Shown here: one piece after another, positions 21,112 through 32,540 of the stretch
Numbering within the stretch: position 1 is the first letter of the stretch
Layout: each line of letters starts with the position of its first letter
NCBI GenBank assembly: GCA_025558095.1
Contig: JAIVFI010000005.1
Span: 620,001 to 684,000, forward strand
DNA length: 64,000 bases
Source of the DNA: Hyaloraphidium curvatum SAG 235-1
Taxonomy: Eukaryota; Fungi; Monoblepharomycota
Direction: 5' to 3'
Notes under the pieces: generated by a model
Told to the model about the DNA's origin: nothing
What the model saw: the letters and a program-made list of their open reading frames with translations, nothing else
Databases searched by the model: none
Made by a program: the position numbers and the translations under genes

Positions 21112-23538
21112 ATGGCGCCGGCCCGCCCTCCTCCGGCGCCGATCGCCCTCCCCGTGATCGTGCGCCCCCCGTCGGACGCGCAGGCGGCGTGGTGCCGCCT
21201 CCCGCCCGCGCTGTTCGGCGGCGCCGCGGGGCTGCCCGGCCCGTGGCTGCTCGCCGTGCCAAAGGGCTCGCGGGACGCGTACCTGGGCAGGGCGTGGCCG
21301 GGGGAGCAGGGGACGGGGTTTGCGGACGTGGACGCGAGGGTGACGGTGCCGGTGGGGGCGCTGGACGCGTCGCGGTTCCCGTTGCCCGCGGGGGAGGACC
21401 AGAGACCGGGTTCGGTGTTCCGGTTGCCGCAGAGGATGCCCGAGGCCGGATCCTTGACTGTCGAGGCGGACGTCGCGGACCAAGATTCCTTCTTCCGGTG
21501 GCGCGGATACCGCTGGGCTTCGGCGGACGACGGGAAGCGGCGGGAGGAGGCGGCGGCGGCGCTCGCGGGCCTGGTGGTGACCAAGGGGGCCGTGGTCGGG
21601 CACGGCAGCCCGTTCAGCGTTGTCGTGGGTTTTTGCTCGCTCAGTGATGGGCTACCGTTGACTGTGGACGGCCCGGTCTGCCTTGCAGATCCTCAAAACG
21701 GAACCTGCGTCGGACGGCTTCCTCGAAGTCACGCCAAACACGAGGATCCGGCTCGGCGCTCCGGAGCCCCGCGATCCCATGCCAATGAACTCCGAAGATA
21801 ACAGCACGGTGGCCGGCTCGGGACCGCCGGGCGGCCTGAAGGAGCCCTACGAACGGCTGCTCGAAGTGGTCCGCTACCCGATCCTCTACGCCGACCAGCT
21901 CAAGACCCTGGGCGTCGACGTCCCGCGAGGCGAGCACGCACTTATCTGCTTCCCACCTCGCCCTTCCTGACCACCCCCCCTTTCCATGCCAGGCGTCCTG
22001 CTCTACGGCCCCCCCGGCGTCGGCAAGACCCTCCTCGTCCGCACCGTGGCGCGGGACTGCGGCGCCCGCCTCGTGGTAATCAACGGCGCCGAGGTCGCGT
22101 CGCCGTTCGCGGGGGAGGGCGAGGCGGCGCTGGAGCGGCGGTTCGCCGAGGCCGCGTCCGGGGACGGGAGGCCGAGCATTCTGTTCATCGACGAGATCGT
22201 GGGCACCCCCGCCAACCCCCCCGTTCCGCGCATCCTCACCCGCCGGTTTGGTTGCCGCAGGACGCGCTGGCGCCCCCCAGGGAGCAATCCTCCCCCTCGA
22301 CCCTCCGCCTGCTCGCGCACCTCGCGCACCTCTTGGACCGCCTCCCCTCGCTGGCCCCCCGCGCGGTCGTCGTGGCCGCTACCAACCGCCCCGGCGGCGT
22401 CGACGCCTCCCTGCGCCGCGGGGGCCGTCTCGACCGCGAGATCGGGGTGGATCCGCCCGGGGCGGCGCAGAGGGCCGAGATCCTGCGGGCGCTCGTGCGC
22501 GGGGTCGGGCTGGCGCCGGGCACGGAGATGGACGAGGTGGTGGGGAGCACGCCGGGGTTCGTCGGGGCGGATCTGGAGAACCTGGTGCGCGAGGCGTGCG
22601 CCGAGGCGGCGCGGCGCGGGGGCGGGGAGGGCGTGTCGACGGCGGATTTCGCGGGCGCGCTGAGGAGGATCGGGCCGAGCTCCGCGGCCAGGGGGTGGAC
22701 GCTGGACGTCGGCGCGCGGAGGGGGTGGGAGTCCGTGGGTGGGCTGGAAGGGGTCAAGAGGAAGCTGAGGCAGGCGGTGGAGTGGCCCGTGCTGCACGCG
22801 GGGACGTTTGCGCGGCTCGGGCTGAGGCCGCCGCGGGGGGTGCTGCTCTACGGGCCGCCCGGGTGCTCCAAGACCACCCTTGCGAGGGTGGTGGCGGGGA
22901 CGGCGGGACTCAACTTTGCCAGCCTCGACGTGGCGGGGCTGTATTCGAGCTACGTGGGGGACTCGGAGCGCCTTGTGAGGCAGGCCTTCACCAAGGCGCG
23001 GGCGGCGGTGCCGTGCGTTCTGTTCCTGGACGAGCTGGACGCCATGGCGGGCGACCGCGGCCACGGGTCGAGCGGGTCGTCGGACGCGGTGCAGGGCAAG
23101 ATCCTCTCGGCGCTTTTGAACGAGATGGACGGCATCGAGTCGGCCGACGGCGTCCTGGTCGTCGCGGCGACCAACCGGCCCTGGGCGATCGACGCGGCGC
23201 TGCTGCGCCCGGGCAGGTTCGACAGGCTGGTCTACGTGCCCCCTCCCGACCGCGCGGCGCGGGAGCGGATCCTCGAGATCTACGCCGGGGACATGCCGCG
23301 CGCGGCGGGCGTCGATTTCGCGCGGATCGCGGGAGAGCTGGCGACGGACCTGTTCAGCGGCGCGGACGTGGAGAACCTGTGCCGCGAGGCGGCGCTGGGG
23401 GCGCTGCGGCGCGGGTTGGGCGGCGGGGGCGGCGAGCTCGAGGTGACGATGGCCGACTTTGAGGCCGCGGCGGCGCTGGTGAAGCCGTCGCTGTCCCGGG
23501 AGCAGCTGGATCGGTACGAGAGGTTCGAGGCGAGGTAG
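21112..23538 (+). CDS. SPATA5L1: double AAA+ ATPase, SPATA5L1/AFG2B-like; includes a GC-AG intron at 21930-21992
   Basis: Two AAA modules (GPPGVGKT/FIDEID; GPPGCSKTT/FLDELD/ATNRP/LLRPGRFD). GCSKT marks the AFG2 family, and LYSSYVGDSER plus KILSALLNEMDG fit the SPATA5L1 branch. Confidence 0.75.
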
Positions 23539-23689
23539 AATTGTGCCGATCCATGGCAGCTGTAGTCGAGTGAGGCAGAAGCCTTGTCCGTCGGGCACTG
23601 CCTGAAATATTCGTGCGCCGCGTGCCCAGAGCGTGGCCTCCTTTCCGACGACTGCCACTCTTAGTGCCCCAGAAGAGGACACCGCCGGC

Positions 23690-25416
23690 ATGTCGTACGG
23701 CGGGACGCCGCTGCTGCAGCGGCACGGCGGGCCCGGCCTCTCGCCGCCGCGCGTGGAGCTGCACGACCACGACCACGGCGGGGCCGACCACGGGCACGCG
23801 CACGCCGACCCGCCGCACCACGCGTGGGCCGCCGACCTCGGCCGCCCGCCGCAGCCGCCGTCGCCGTCGAAGGCGCCGCCGTCGTACGCCGCGCTCGGCC
23901 TCGGCGGGCTGCCGCTGCCCGGCGCGGCGCGCCGCCGCCAGACCCCGCGCCTCTTCTGGCGCCGCTCGCTGCTCAAGCCGCTGGCCGACGCGCTGCGCAC
24001 AATCGCGGGCGACCGCACAACGCGCCGCATCCTGCTGTTCCTGGTGCTGAACCTGTCCTTCTGCGGCGTCGAGGCCCTTTACGGCCTCATCACGAACTCG
24101 CTGGGCCTCTTCACGGACGCAATTCACATGGGCTTCGACTCGACGGCGATCGCGATGGGGCTCGCCGCCAGCGTCGTGGGCAAGTGGGGCAGGGACGAGA
24201 AGTGGACCTACGGGTGCGTTGGGGAGCGGCACCGGGGCGGGGAGATGTGAACGAACGGGACGGGCATCGGCCGCAATGGAGGCTGTCCTCGTTGCTTGGG
24301 GCCAGGTCGCGATATTGTGGCACATCGCCGGGCCATCGTTTTGGCGGGTTTGCTAGGAGCTTCGCTCGAGGGCGCGCCGGGGACCTGAGAAGCTTCTCAC
24401 TTTCTGGATCACTGGCTTGCTGGCTCCCACTTTGACGCTCAGAACCTAACTATCCTTCCTTTCCGCAGCTACGGCCGGATAGAGGTGCTCGCGGGCTTCG
24501 CCAACGCCGTCGCCCTCTTTTTCGCCGCCTTCGGCATCATCTGGGAGGCCGTCGAGCGCCTCATGACGCCGGAAACCATCCACACCGACAAGCTGCTGCT
24601 CGTCGCTGTGCTCGGCCTGGGCGTGAATCTCGGTGGGCCTCATGCTGCCCTTGGTGGCGCGTCGAATTGTCGCTGACGCGGCCCCCCAGTCGGCATCTTC
24701 GCGTTTGACCACGCCGCCCTGCACGGGCATGGGGGGCACGACCACGGGCATTCCCATTCCCACGGGTCGCACTCCGAGCACGACCACGATCACGGGGGGA
24801 AGGCGGGCACCACCGCGAATCCGCTGCTGCACGGTGGGTTACTCCCCGCGGGCCGCCCTGTCGTCGCCCGATCCGAACACCTTCTTTCGCCAGGCATGTT
24901 CCTGCACATCCTCGCGGACACGCTCGGCAGCGTCGGCGTCATCACCAGCGCCATCCTGGTCGACTGGTTCGGTGCGTTGCCCCTCCCTCGCCCCCCTCGA
25001 CCCTCCCTGACCTCCGCGCCCGCGAAACAGGGTGGCACTGGGCCGACCCCCTCTGCTCCCTCTTCATCGCCGTCCTCATCCTCTTCTCCGTATGGCCGCT
25101 CCTCCGCTCCTCGGCCCTGACCCTCCTGCAGCGCTCCCCGCCCTCCCTGGACCGCTCCGTCCCCGCCGCCACGCGGCAGATCCTCTCCCTCCCCGGCGTC
25201 GCGGGCGTCGAGCAGCTGCACGTGTGGGAGCTCAAGACGGGCCACCTGGTCGGCACCGCGCGGGTGCTGCTTTCCGGGCGGGGCGACGCCGCGGACGGGG
25301 AGATGGCGAGGGTGACGAGGGAGGCGGGGGCCGTGCTGAGGCAGTTGGGGTGCAGGGAGGTGGCGGTGCAGGTGGAGAGGGGGGAGCCGAGGGAGAACGG
25401 GTACGGGGGGTACTGA
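23690..25416 (+). CDS. cation diffusion facilitator zinc transporter (Msc2/ZnT5-7-like), multi-intron
   Basis: TNSLGLFTDAIHMGFD, TYGYGRIEVLAGFANA, His-rich loop, MFLHILADTLGSVGVI, DPLCSLFIA and LHVWEL. Confidence 0.9.
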
Positions 25417-25680
25417 GGATGCCTGGTCGTGTCATGTGCCCCGCGGGGGGGGCGATAGAAGTCGGTATGCTGGGAAACCCGTCACCCTGCGGATGAACTG
25501 CCTGGATGCCGAAAAGCAGCGTTCCATTCCAGCTAAGCGATTGATGGAATCCAACCAATCCGGCCCGGCGGAAGCTCGCGGCTGCGGGCGTCGCGATCGA
25601 CCTCTCAAAAACACGGCGGGACGCCGCGGCGCGGGATCAGGGTTCCGTCGGCCACGCCTTTCCCGCGCTCCACCGCCGCC

Positions 25681-28280
25681 ATGTCCAAGCGGCGGCGCTG
25701 GAGCTTCTCCCAGAACGACTGGGTGGACCTCCCCCCCGCGGCCGAGGGCACGGAGTACGAGATGCAGCGTGGACCGACGAGCGGGGTCCTACTGGGTTCC
25801 CTCGCCGCGAGGGACGGGACGTACGTGCCCGCGGGGGGGAGCGGAGAGACGGTGGTGGATGTGAACGGGAAGGAGGGCGGGATTCCGCTGTATTTCAGTG
25901 GGTGCACCACTCGAGGAGGCCCGGGAACGCGTCGTGATCCAGTTCCCCCTTCCATGTGCTTCACCTGTTTCCCGGAACCTCCCCGCGATCCGCTCCCCCT
26001 CATGTGCTTCTCTTCCTTCCCATCGCCCTGAAAGGCGAGCTGCAGACCGAGACCGAGAACTTCCTCACCGAGATGGAGATCGACGCGGCCAACCTCGGCG
26101 GCGAGGCCCTCATCGCCGGCATCGGCCGCGAGAACGACCTCGTCGCGGCGATCCAGAACCTCTCCCCCGGGGACAGGATCGCGCACCGCGCCGAGACCAT
26201 GGCGCAGAAGGACTACAACCTCGAGGCCGCGTTCAGGTTCATGATGTGGAGGCGGCTCGAACGGCTGAGGACGGGCACGATCGGGAAGCCGTCCATGGCG
26301 CGGTTCATCGTCACGGTGCTCGTGTTTGCGTTCTTCATCCTGATGGTCGGCGTGTACGGACGCCGCTTCTACGAGCTCAATCCCTGGGAGAGCCTGGTCG
26401 TGGGGGTGATCCTCCTCCCCATCATCTTCTTTGTCGCCGTCTCGTCGAGCTTCTCGGTGGCCCTGGCCTTCTACTGGTCGGTGGTCGGTGTTGCCATCCG
26501 GACGTTTTCCGGCTGACGCCTCCGCCAGGGTGGCCATCGGCTCCGTCGTCCTACTCATCGTCGCCGTGGCGGCCCCGGGCGACCGCGAAGGGCAGTGGTT
26601 CTACCCGAGCCCCACGTTCAACACGGCCTGCTCCGTCGTCGTCTGGGTGACCGTCGCCCTCGTCATCATCTCCATGCTGACGCACCTGATCTACTACTAC
26701 TTCTGGCCGGTACGATTGCCGCCCGCTCCCGAACCCCGCTCGGACTCACGCCCGCGTGGGTCGCCAGTGGTACATCACCCACGGCTTCGGCAACTCGGTC
26801 CGCGACTGGCGCATCCGCAAGGTGGCCAACCGCAAGGGCGCCGTCACCTACGGCGCGTGGGAGCCCGCGATGCGGCGGTTCACGCGCAACCTCGTCGTGT
26901 ACCGCGGCATGTGCGACGACGAGGGGCGGCCGCACGCGTTCGGGGAGTGGCGGGACGATTCGACGGCGGGGGAGTGCCTGCAGGGGTACTGGAGCCACGG
27001 TCTGCCCGTGGGCCCGTTCGTCAGCCGCGAGTCGGGGACGGGCAACGCGTTCAGCGCGATGCGGTGCGGGTTCGCGCGCAACTGCGCCGGCGGGTGGAAG
27101 GAGATACGGTGGTTCCCGCAGCGCGGGGAAGGGCTGGCGTACGGCCTGGCCGTGACCGAGTGCTCCATCGCGGGAGCCTTCTTCAGCAAGCTGCCGGCAA
27201 CGCAGCTGCTGATCCCGCCGACGCTCAAGAGCAAGGAGCAGGACGTGGTGGAGAAGGTGGTCGAGGGGCTGGCGCTGGGGACGGACCCGACGACGGTCGA
27301 CAAGACCGAGGACTGCATCATCTTTGTGCACGGGTACAACGCCAGCCTCGAGTCGGCCTTCGTCACCTTCTGCCAACTGCTCTCGCTCGGCGATTTCCCC
27401 AAGAAGTTCCGCCCCTTCATCTTCAACTGGCCCGCCGGCGGGCCAGTCACGTACCTGCAGGCGCGGACGATGATCGAGTCCGAGGCGTGCCGCGGCGACT
27501 TTGTGGAGTTCATCCGCGACTTGGGCAACGTGGGCTTCGACCGTTTCACCCTGATTGGCCACTCGATGGTGGTTGCTGCGTGCTTCGGGGTCGTTCTCGG
27601 TGCTGACGCCGCTCCGACCGCGCAGGGCGCCCGCATGCCCGTGGGCATAACACCCCAATACCACACCCTATTCCGCCCCCTCCCGGGCTCCGACCTCCCC
27701 CAACCCTCCACCGCGCTCCCAACCCTCTCCGCACTGGTCCTGCTGAACGGGGAAGCCCACTTCGACGACTTCAAGTCGGCGCACTTCCCCACCATCCGCC
27801 AGTTCTGCGACAACATCGTCGTCTACTCGGACGACAACGACGGCCCCCTCGGCATCGCCGAAACGGCGGGTTGGCTCTTCCCCGCGCCCTCGGTCACCGG
27901 CCTGCCGTACAAGGCCCTGGGCAAGCACGGCCGCGAGCTGTACGTCGAGGACCCCGCGGTCACCATGCCCGGCCGCGGCGGCACCCCGCGGCCCCTGCGC
28001 AGGTACCTGGACCTGGACGTGCTCGACACGACGTTTTTGCAGAGCAACGTGCAGGGGATGCGGCACACGTTCTTTGGGATCGCGAGGAGCGTGGTGGACG
28101 ATCTCTACGGTGGGTGTCACGTGCGCCGCTGCCGCGCCTCCCAGGCGGTCTGACGGCTCCAAACTTCCAAAAGACGTGATCGTCGAGCGCAAGCGTGCCA
28201 AGGACCGGACGAGCAGGCTGATGCGCCGGGACGGCAACGAGTTTGCGTTCCAGACGGCGCCAGAGTACTACAAATACTAG
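25681..28280 (+). CDS. membrane-anchored DUF900-like alpha/beta hydrolase, multi-intron
   Basis: N-terminal TM helices, then IIFVHGYNAS..FNWP..LIGHSM(G) nucleophile elbow..VYSDDND..H in the C-terminal domain. Confidence 0.75.
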
Positions 28281-28464
28281 GCAGCGATCGGCGCCCGTGG
28301 GCAGGATATGCAGTTCCTTAATCATGGCTTTCTGTTTGTTATGTTCATTAGAGATACGGACCGGCGGTCCGGTGCCGATGGCAGCGATGACTTGGGGGCG
28401 ATCAGGGTCACCTGGGTCGGACCCAAAACCCCGCCGGGCCGCAGCACGATCGGGCGGGCCCCCG

Positions 28465-29631
28465 ATGGCGCTCGACGGGCGCACGCGGCTGGCGCTGCTC
28501 GTGTCGGCGGCGGTCGGCGCGCTGTGGCTGGTTTTTTTGGCGGCGGGAGCGGCGGGCGGCGGGCGGCGCGGGCTGGCGGGGCTCGCTGCGCTGCCGGCGG
28601 GCGCGCTGACGCCGGGCGTGCGGACGCGGCTGGCGGCGCTGTCGGCAGAATTGCGCGCGCTGGCCGGCGAGCTGGACGCCGCGGCGGGCGTCGGCCCGGG
28701 CCCGGGCACGGCGCCCGCCGACCTCGCCTACGTCAACCCGCGCAGGTGCGGCGCCTCCCCGTCGGAGCCCTTCCTCGCGTCGGACAAGGTCGCCGTGCTC
28801 GTCGAGACGCGCATGCACCCGCGGCTGCTGCCCGTGCTCGCAAACTTCCTCGCCGTGCTGCCGCTCGACTGGCGCCTGCAGCTCTTCCTCTCGGACGCGA
28901 ACGCGCCCGCCGTCGAGGCCGCGCCCGGGCTGAAGCACTGGCTGCGCCGCGGCAAGATCCGGCTGGAGCGGCTGGGCGACGTCTTCACGGACCCGCACTA
29001 CCGCTCCTCGTACAACGCGGTTATGAAGAACGCGACCTTCTGGCGCGCCGTGGACGGCGAGCACGTGCTCGTGTTCCAGACGGACGCCGCGTTGTGCCGC
29101 GCCTCGGCCAAGTCGGTCGAGGACTACCTGGACTGGGCGTTCGTGGGCGCCCCGTGGAACGAGGGCGCCAAGTGCGGCAACGGCGGCCTCTCGCTCCGCA
29201 AGCGCAGCGCCATGCTCGACGTCCTCCTCCGCCCCGACGGCCCCGCCGCGACCAACGAGGACGAGCACTTTTGCGCGCGCCTCCGCCACTTCGGCTACCC
29301 CATGCCCGACTTCGAAACGGGCCGCAGCTTCTCCATCGAGATGGCCTACTACCCCTCCCCCGTGGGCCTGCACCAGGTCTTTTACCACCACCGCATCGGG
29401 ACCGACTGGCTGTACGAGATACACCGGGGCTGCCCCGAGTCGAGGGTCATCTCGACGCCGCCGTGCAGGAGGACGGCGTGCGGGAACGACGCCAAGGTCA
29501 AGGCGGCGATGAACAGGACGGCGGTGTGCGAGGCGCCCTTCAAGGAGGCGAGGAAGGACCGGAGGGCGAGGGACAGGCCGGTCGAGTGCGACATCACGGC
29601 GGGGTTCGTGCAGCCCAAGAAGGGGCCGTAG
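28465..29631 (+). CDS. DUF5672 family putative glycosyltransferase, type II membrane, intron-less
   Basis: Signal-anchor (LALLVSAAVGALWLVFLAA), then KVAVLVETR, FW..VLVFQTD..C, FVGAPW, GNGGLSLRKRS and NEDEHF. Confidence 0.8.
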   Translation: MALDGRTRLALLVSAAVGALWLVFLAAGAAGGGRRGLAGLAALPAGALTPGVRTRLAALSAELRALAGELDAAAGVGPGPGTAPADLAYVNPRRCGASPSEPFLASDKVAVLVETRMHPRLLPVLANFLAVLPLDWRLQLFLSDANAPAVEAAPGLKHWLRRGKIRLERLGDVFTDPHYRSSYNAVMKNATFWRAVDGEHVLVFQTDAALCRASAKSVEDYLDWAFVGAPWNEGAKCGNGGLSLRKRSAMLDVLLRPDGPAATNEDEHFCARLRHFGYPMPDFETGRSFSIEMAYYPSPVGLHQVFYHHRIGTDWLYEIHRGCPESRVISTPPCRRTACGNDAKVKAAMNRTAVCEAPFKEARKDRRARDRPVECDITAGFVQPKKGP

Positions 29632-29745
29632 CGGGCGGGTGCGGGGGTTTGTTCCTTTGTGGCATGGTCGGCTTCGGGGCGCTCGGTTATACAGGAAAGG
29701 CCAATCCACACGGGCTGCGATGTGGCGCAAGGGGGTATAGAATCC

Positions 29746-30978
29746 CTAGCCGTCGTACAGCGCGTGCCACCTAGCCGCCATCGCAGCGTCCTGCCCGTAC
29801 CACGCCTTTGTCCTTTCTCGCTTCCACGCCAGCCCCTGGCACACTTCCTTGTTCCACGGCCTCGCGTGCGCGTACGCCTCGGGGTGCGCGACCATGCTCG
29901 CGTTGCCGCACGCGAACCCGAACATGGACCCGGGCCTGACCGCCGCGGGGTAGTCAAAGTTGGGGCAGCTGGGGCGCATCTCGTCCATCGGCACGCCGTA
30001 GCCCCACGTGTACGCGTCCCCCGATCTGTTCCCCGCGCCGGCGGGCAGGCAATCCGCCGGCGCAAACTCGGGCGGGCTCATGAGCCACGCCTCGTAAAAG
30101 TACCTGTCCACGCCCAGCCACGCGGTGTAGCAGCTCCCCGCGCCGGCGTTCAGCCGCGCGCGCTGCGTCCTGTCGGCGAAGCTCCGCTCGTCGTAGCTCC
30201 GCGGGGAAACGAGCGCGGCGATGTGGGAGCAGCGGGCCCACCAGAAGTTGCCGCTGTAGTGGGCCAGGGGGTACAGCGTCGCGCGGAGGCCGCACATGTC
30301 GAAGCGGTCCAGCGCGGCGAGGCAGCGGGGGGTGAGCACGGCGCAGTCCATCGCGCGGCGGACGTTGGTGTTTTCCGCCAGCGGTGTGTGCGAGCCCTTG
30401 TTGTGAAAGTACAATGTTCGGGCGTCCGGGTTGGATTTGCAGAAGGCGTAGAGACGCTCCAGGGTGTCCCCCTCGCTCCCCGAGGCCAGCGTCGCGGCCT
30501 TGTGGAACTTCTCCGGCGGGATCGGCGACCCCGGCAGCGGCAGCGTCAGATTCTCGGCGTGCGCACCGATGGCCACGTAGGTGATCAGGTCCAGTAGCGG
30601 CGCCAGCCCCGAGTCGTTGAGCACGCGGAGCTGCTCCGAGACTATGTTGAAGGCGTGGTCGGCGTTGGGCACGTAGACGTTGTAGAAGGCCACGATCTGG
30701 GAGGGTCGCGGGGAGGGAGGGGGACGCGTTGGCGGGAGGGAGCCCGGGGGTGGGGGGGGGTGGGGGGGATTGCGACCGGGAGAGGGGTCGCCGAGCACCG
30801 GTGCAGGAGGCGGGCGGACCACCGCGCCAGGCGCCGGCGGGGCCAGCAGGGGCCTCTTCGAAGCAAAGGTCTCCACTGTCTCGGAGTCAGTTGTACCGCC
30901 GTGGAGGGCCGCCAGAAGCACGACAAGCACAACGGCCGCGAGCAACGCGGCAAACGCCAGCTGCTGGCGGGGCTGCAT
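29746..30978 (-). CDS. type II membrane putative glycosyltransferase-like protein (YFHNKG / HYSGNFWW motif family)
   Basis: Anchor LAFAALLAAVVLVVLLAAL and Pro-rich stem (possible in-frame intron at about 30697-30798), then E..TL..LY.FC..LYFHNKGS, HYSGNFWWARCSHI and DRYFYEAW. Confidence 0.65.
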   Translation of the reverse strand: MQPRQQLAFAALLAAVVLVVLLAALHGGTTDSETVETFASKRPLLAPPAPGAVVRPPPAPVLGDPSPGRNPPHPPPPPGSLPPTRPPPSPRPSQIVAFYNVYVPNADHAFNIVSEQLRVLNDSGLAPLLDLITYVAIGAHAENLTLPLPGSPIPPEKFHKAATLASGSEGDTLERLYAFCKSNPDARTLYFHNKGSHTPLAENTNVRRAMDCAVLTPRCLAALDRFDMCGLRATLYPLAHYSGNFWWARCSHIAALVSPRSYDERSFADRTQRARLNAGAGSCYTAWLGVDRYFYEAWLMSPPEFAPADCLPAGAGNRSGDAYTWGYGVPMDEMRPSCPNFDYPAAVRPGSMFGFACGNASMVAHPEAYAHARPWNKEVCQGLAWKRERTKAWYGQDAAMAARWHALYDG

Positions 30979-31095
30979 GCCAGACAGACCTCCCGGCCCT
31001 CCAGGGCCCTCCCGACACGATGCAGAATGCAGACGACGGAGTGACAAGGGAATTGCCGCACTTGGGCCGGGGTCCATTTCATCGCCGCAGCGCAG

Positions 31096-32148
31096 ATGGA
31101 CGTCCGTCGGTTAGGCGGCGCGGCGCTCGCCTTCACCGGCTCGCTCCTCCTTTACTCTTTGTTTTTCTCTGCCGGCGACGACCCGCGGGTGGCGCTGGCC
31201 GGCGGGCGCGCGGACGACGCGCCGTCCATAAAGTGCCCGCCGAAGCAGCGCTCGCCCTTCCCGACGTCCCGCAAGGCCGCCGTGCTCGTCGAGCCCGTCG
31301 CGCACACGCTGCTGGTACCGGCGGTCGACAGCGCCGTGGCGCACCTCCCGTGGGATTGGAAGATACTCCTCTTCGTGCCGGACGCCGTCGCCGCGGAGGT
31401 CGCGACCAAGCCGATGCTGAAGGACCTCCTGGCGATCGGCAAAATCCGGACTATGCCCAACATCTACGGGACGCAGGCCGACGCCCTGCTCAACGCGACC
31501 TTCTGGCGCGCGCTGGACGCGGACCACGTGCTGGCCTTTGGAGCCGGTACCGCCATGTGCATGGCCGCCAACCGCACCGCGGACGACTTCCTGGACTACG
31601 ACTATGTCGACGCCGCGTGCGGCTCCCCCGCACCGCCCGACGAGGCCGCGGCGTTTGCCTCCGCCCCCGGCCCCGTGCTCCCGGGCTCGACCAACCGCGC
31701 CCCGCGCTCCGCCTTCGCCTCGATCATCCCGAACCTCCTCCCCCGCTCCAACCTGACCGACAGCGCGCGCACCTCCCGCATCCTCCTCCTCTCCCGCTCT
31801 GCCACCCTCTCGGCCCTCTCCTCCCTCGCCCCGCCCGACCCCGCCTCGGCCAAGGGCGACCCCTCCACCTACCTCTGCCGCGCGCTCACCTCCTCCGGCT
31901 CCCGCGTGGCCTCCCCGCAGCTCGCCGCCTCGCTCGCCGTCGGCCCGGTGTGGCACCCGTCCCCGTTCGCCGTGGACTCGTCGCACCGCACCCTGGCGCT
32001 GCACCCCGAAAGGCTGGACGCGCTGTACGAGGAGTGCCCCGAGGCGGTGCTGCTGGCGGATTGGGAGGTGGAGGCGGCGGCGTGCACGTCGGGGGATATG
32101 GCGGCGCTGGATTACTTGGAAGTGGACAAGTTCTGCGCGGGCGGTTGA
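31096..32148 (+). CDS. divergent DUF5672 paralog lacking the predicted catalytic motifs
   Basis: Aligns by eye with 28465-29631 (KAAVLVE, LPWDWKILLF, NATFWRALDADHVL, DFLDYDYV, ECPE), but QTD, GNGG and NED are replaced. Confidence 0.7.
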   Translation: MDVRRLGGAALAFTGSLLLYSLFFSAGDDPRVALAGGRADDAPSIKCPPKQRSPFPTSRKAAVLVEPVAHTLLVPAVDSAVAHLPWDWKILLFVPDAVAAEVATKPMLKDLLAIGKIRTMPNIYGTQADALLNATFWRALDADHVLAFGAGTAMCMAANRTADDFLDYDYVDAACGSPAPPDEAAAFASAPGPVLPGSTNRAPRSAFASIIPNLLPRSNLTDSARTSRILLLSRSATLSALSSLAPPDPASAKGDPSTYLCRALTSSGSRVASPQLAASLAVGPVWHPSPFAVDSSHRTLALHPERLDALYEECPEAVLLADWEVEAAACTSGDMAALDYLEVDKFCAGG

Positions 32149-32540
32149 GGGGGGCGCATGGCGGGGAAGGCGGCGAGGCAGCGCCGGGGGGACGGGCCTG
32201 TGGCGGGCAACGTGCCCGCTGACGCGGGGCTCGCTGGCGCTCGCGGGCCGCTCCGCGGCAAAGCTACATGGGAAGCAGCGGCGGGGACGCAGCACCATTC
32301 CGCCGTGCGAGTTAGAGTCAGCGTCCGTTCGCGCACCAATAATGTAGAGGGGGATCTCGCGCCGCTCCTTGGCGACCTGCTCGAAGACGGGGCCCGCGTC
32401 CGGCCATGACGTTGCGACCCGCGGCTTCCGAGTGAAACAGACACAGCTCTATCAATAAGTTGGATTCGAAAACAGTAGATAGATGCACCTCGAGATGGCA
32501 TCATGGCTTGATTAGTCGACGAAAATGATCAAAGCTGGAG

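Noticed and set aside
24380-24420. CTGAGA in the zinc transporter intron as a TPP riboswitch
   Set aside because: The downstream GAACCUGAU/UAAU..GCG core is absent and the host gene is unrelated to thiamine.
26514-26516. TGA ending the 25956 ORF within the DUF900 gene
   Set aside because: It is the CTGAC branch point of an intron ending at CCAG, not a recoded stop.
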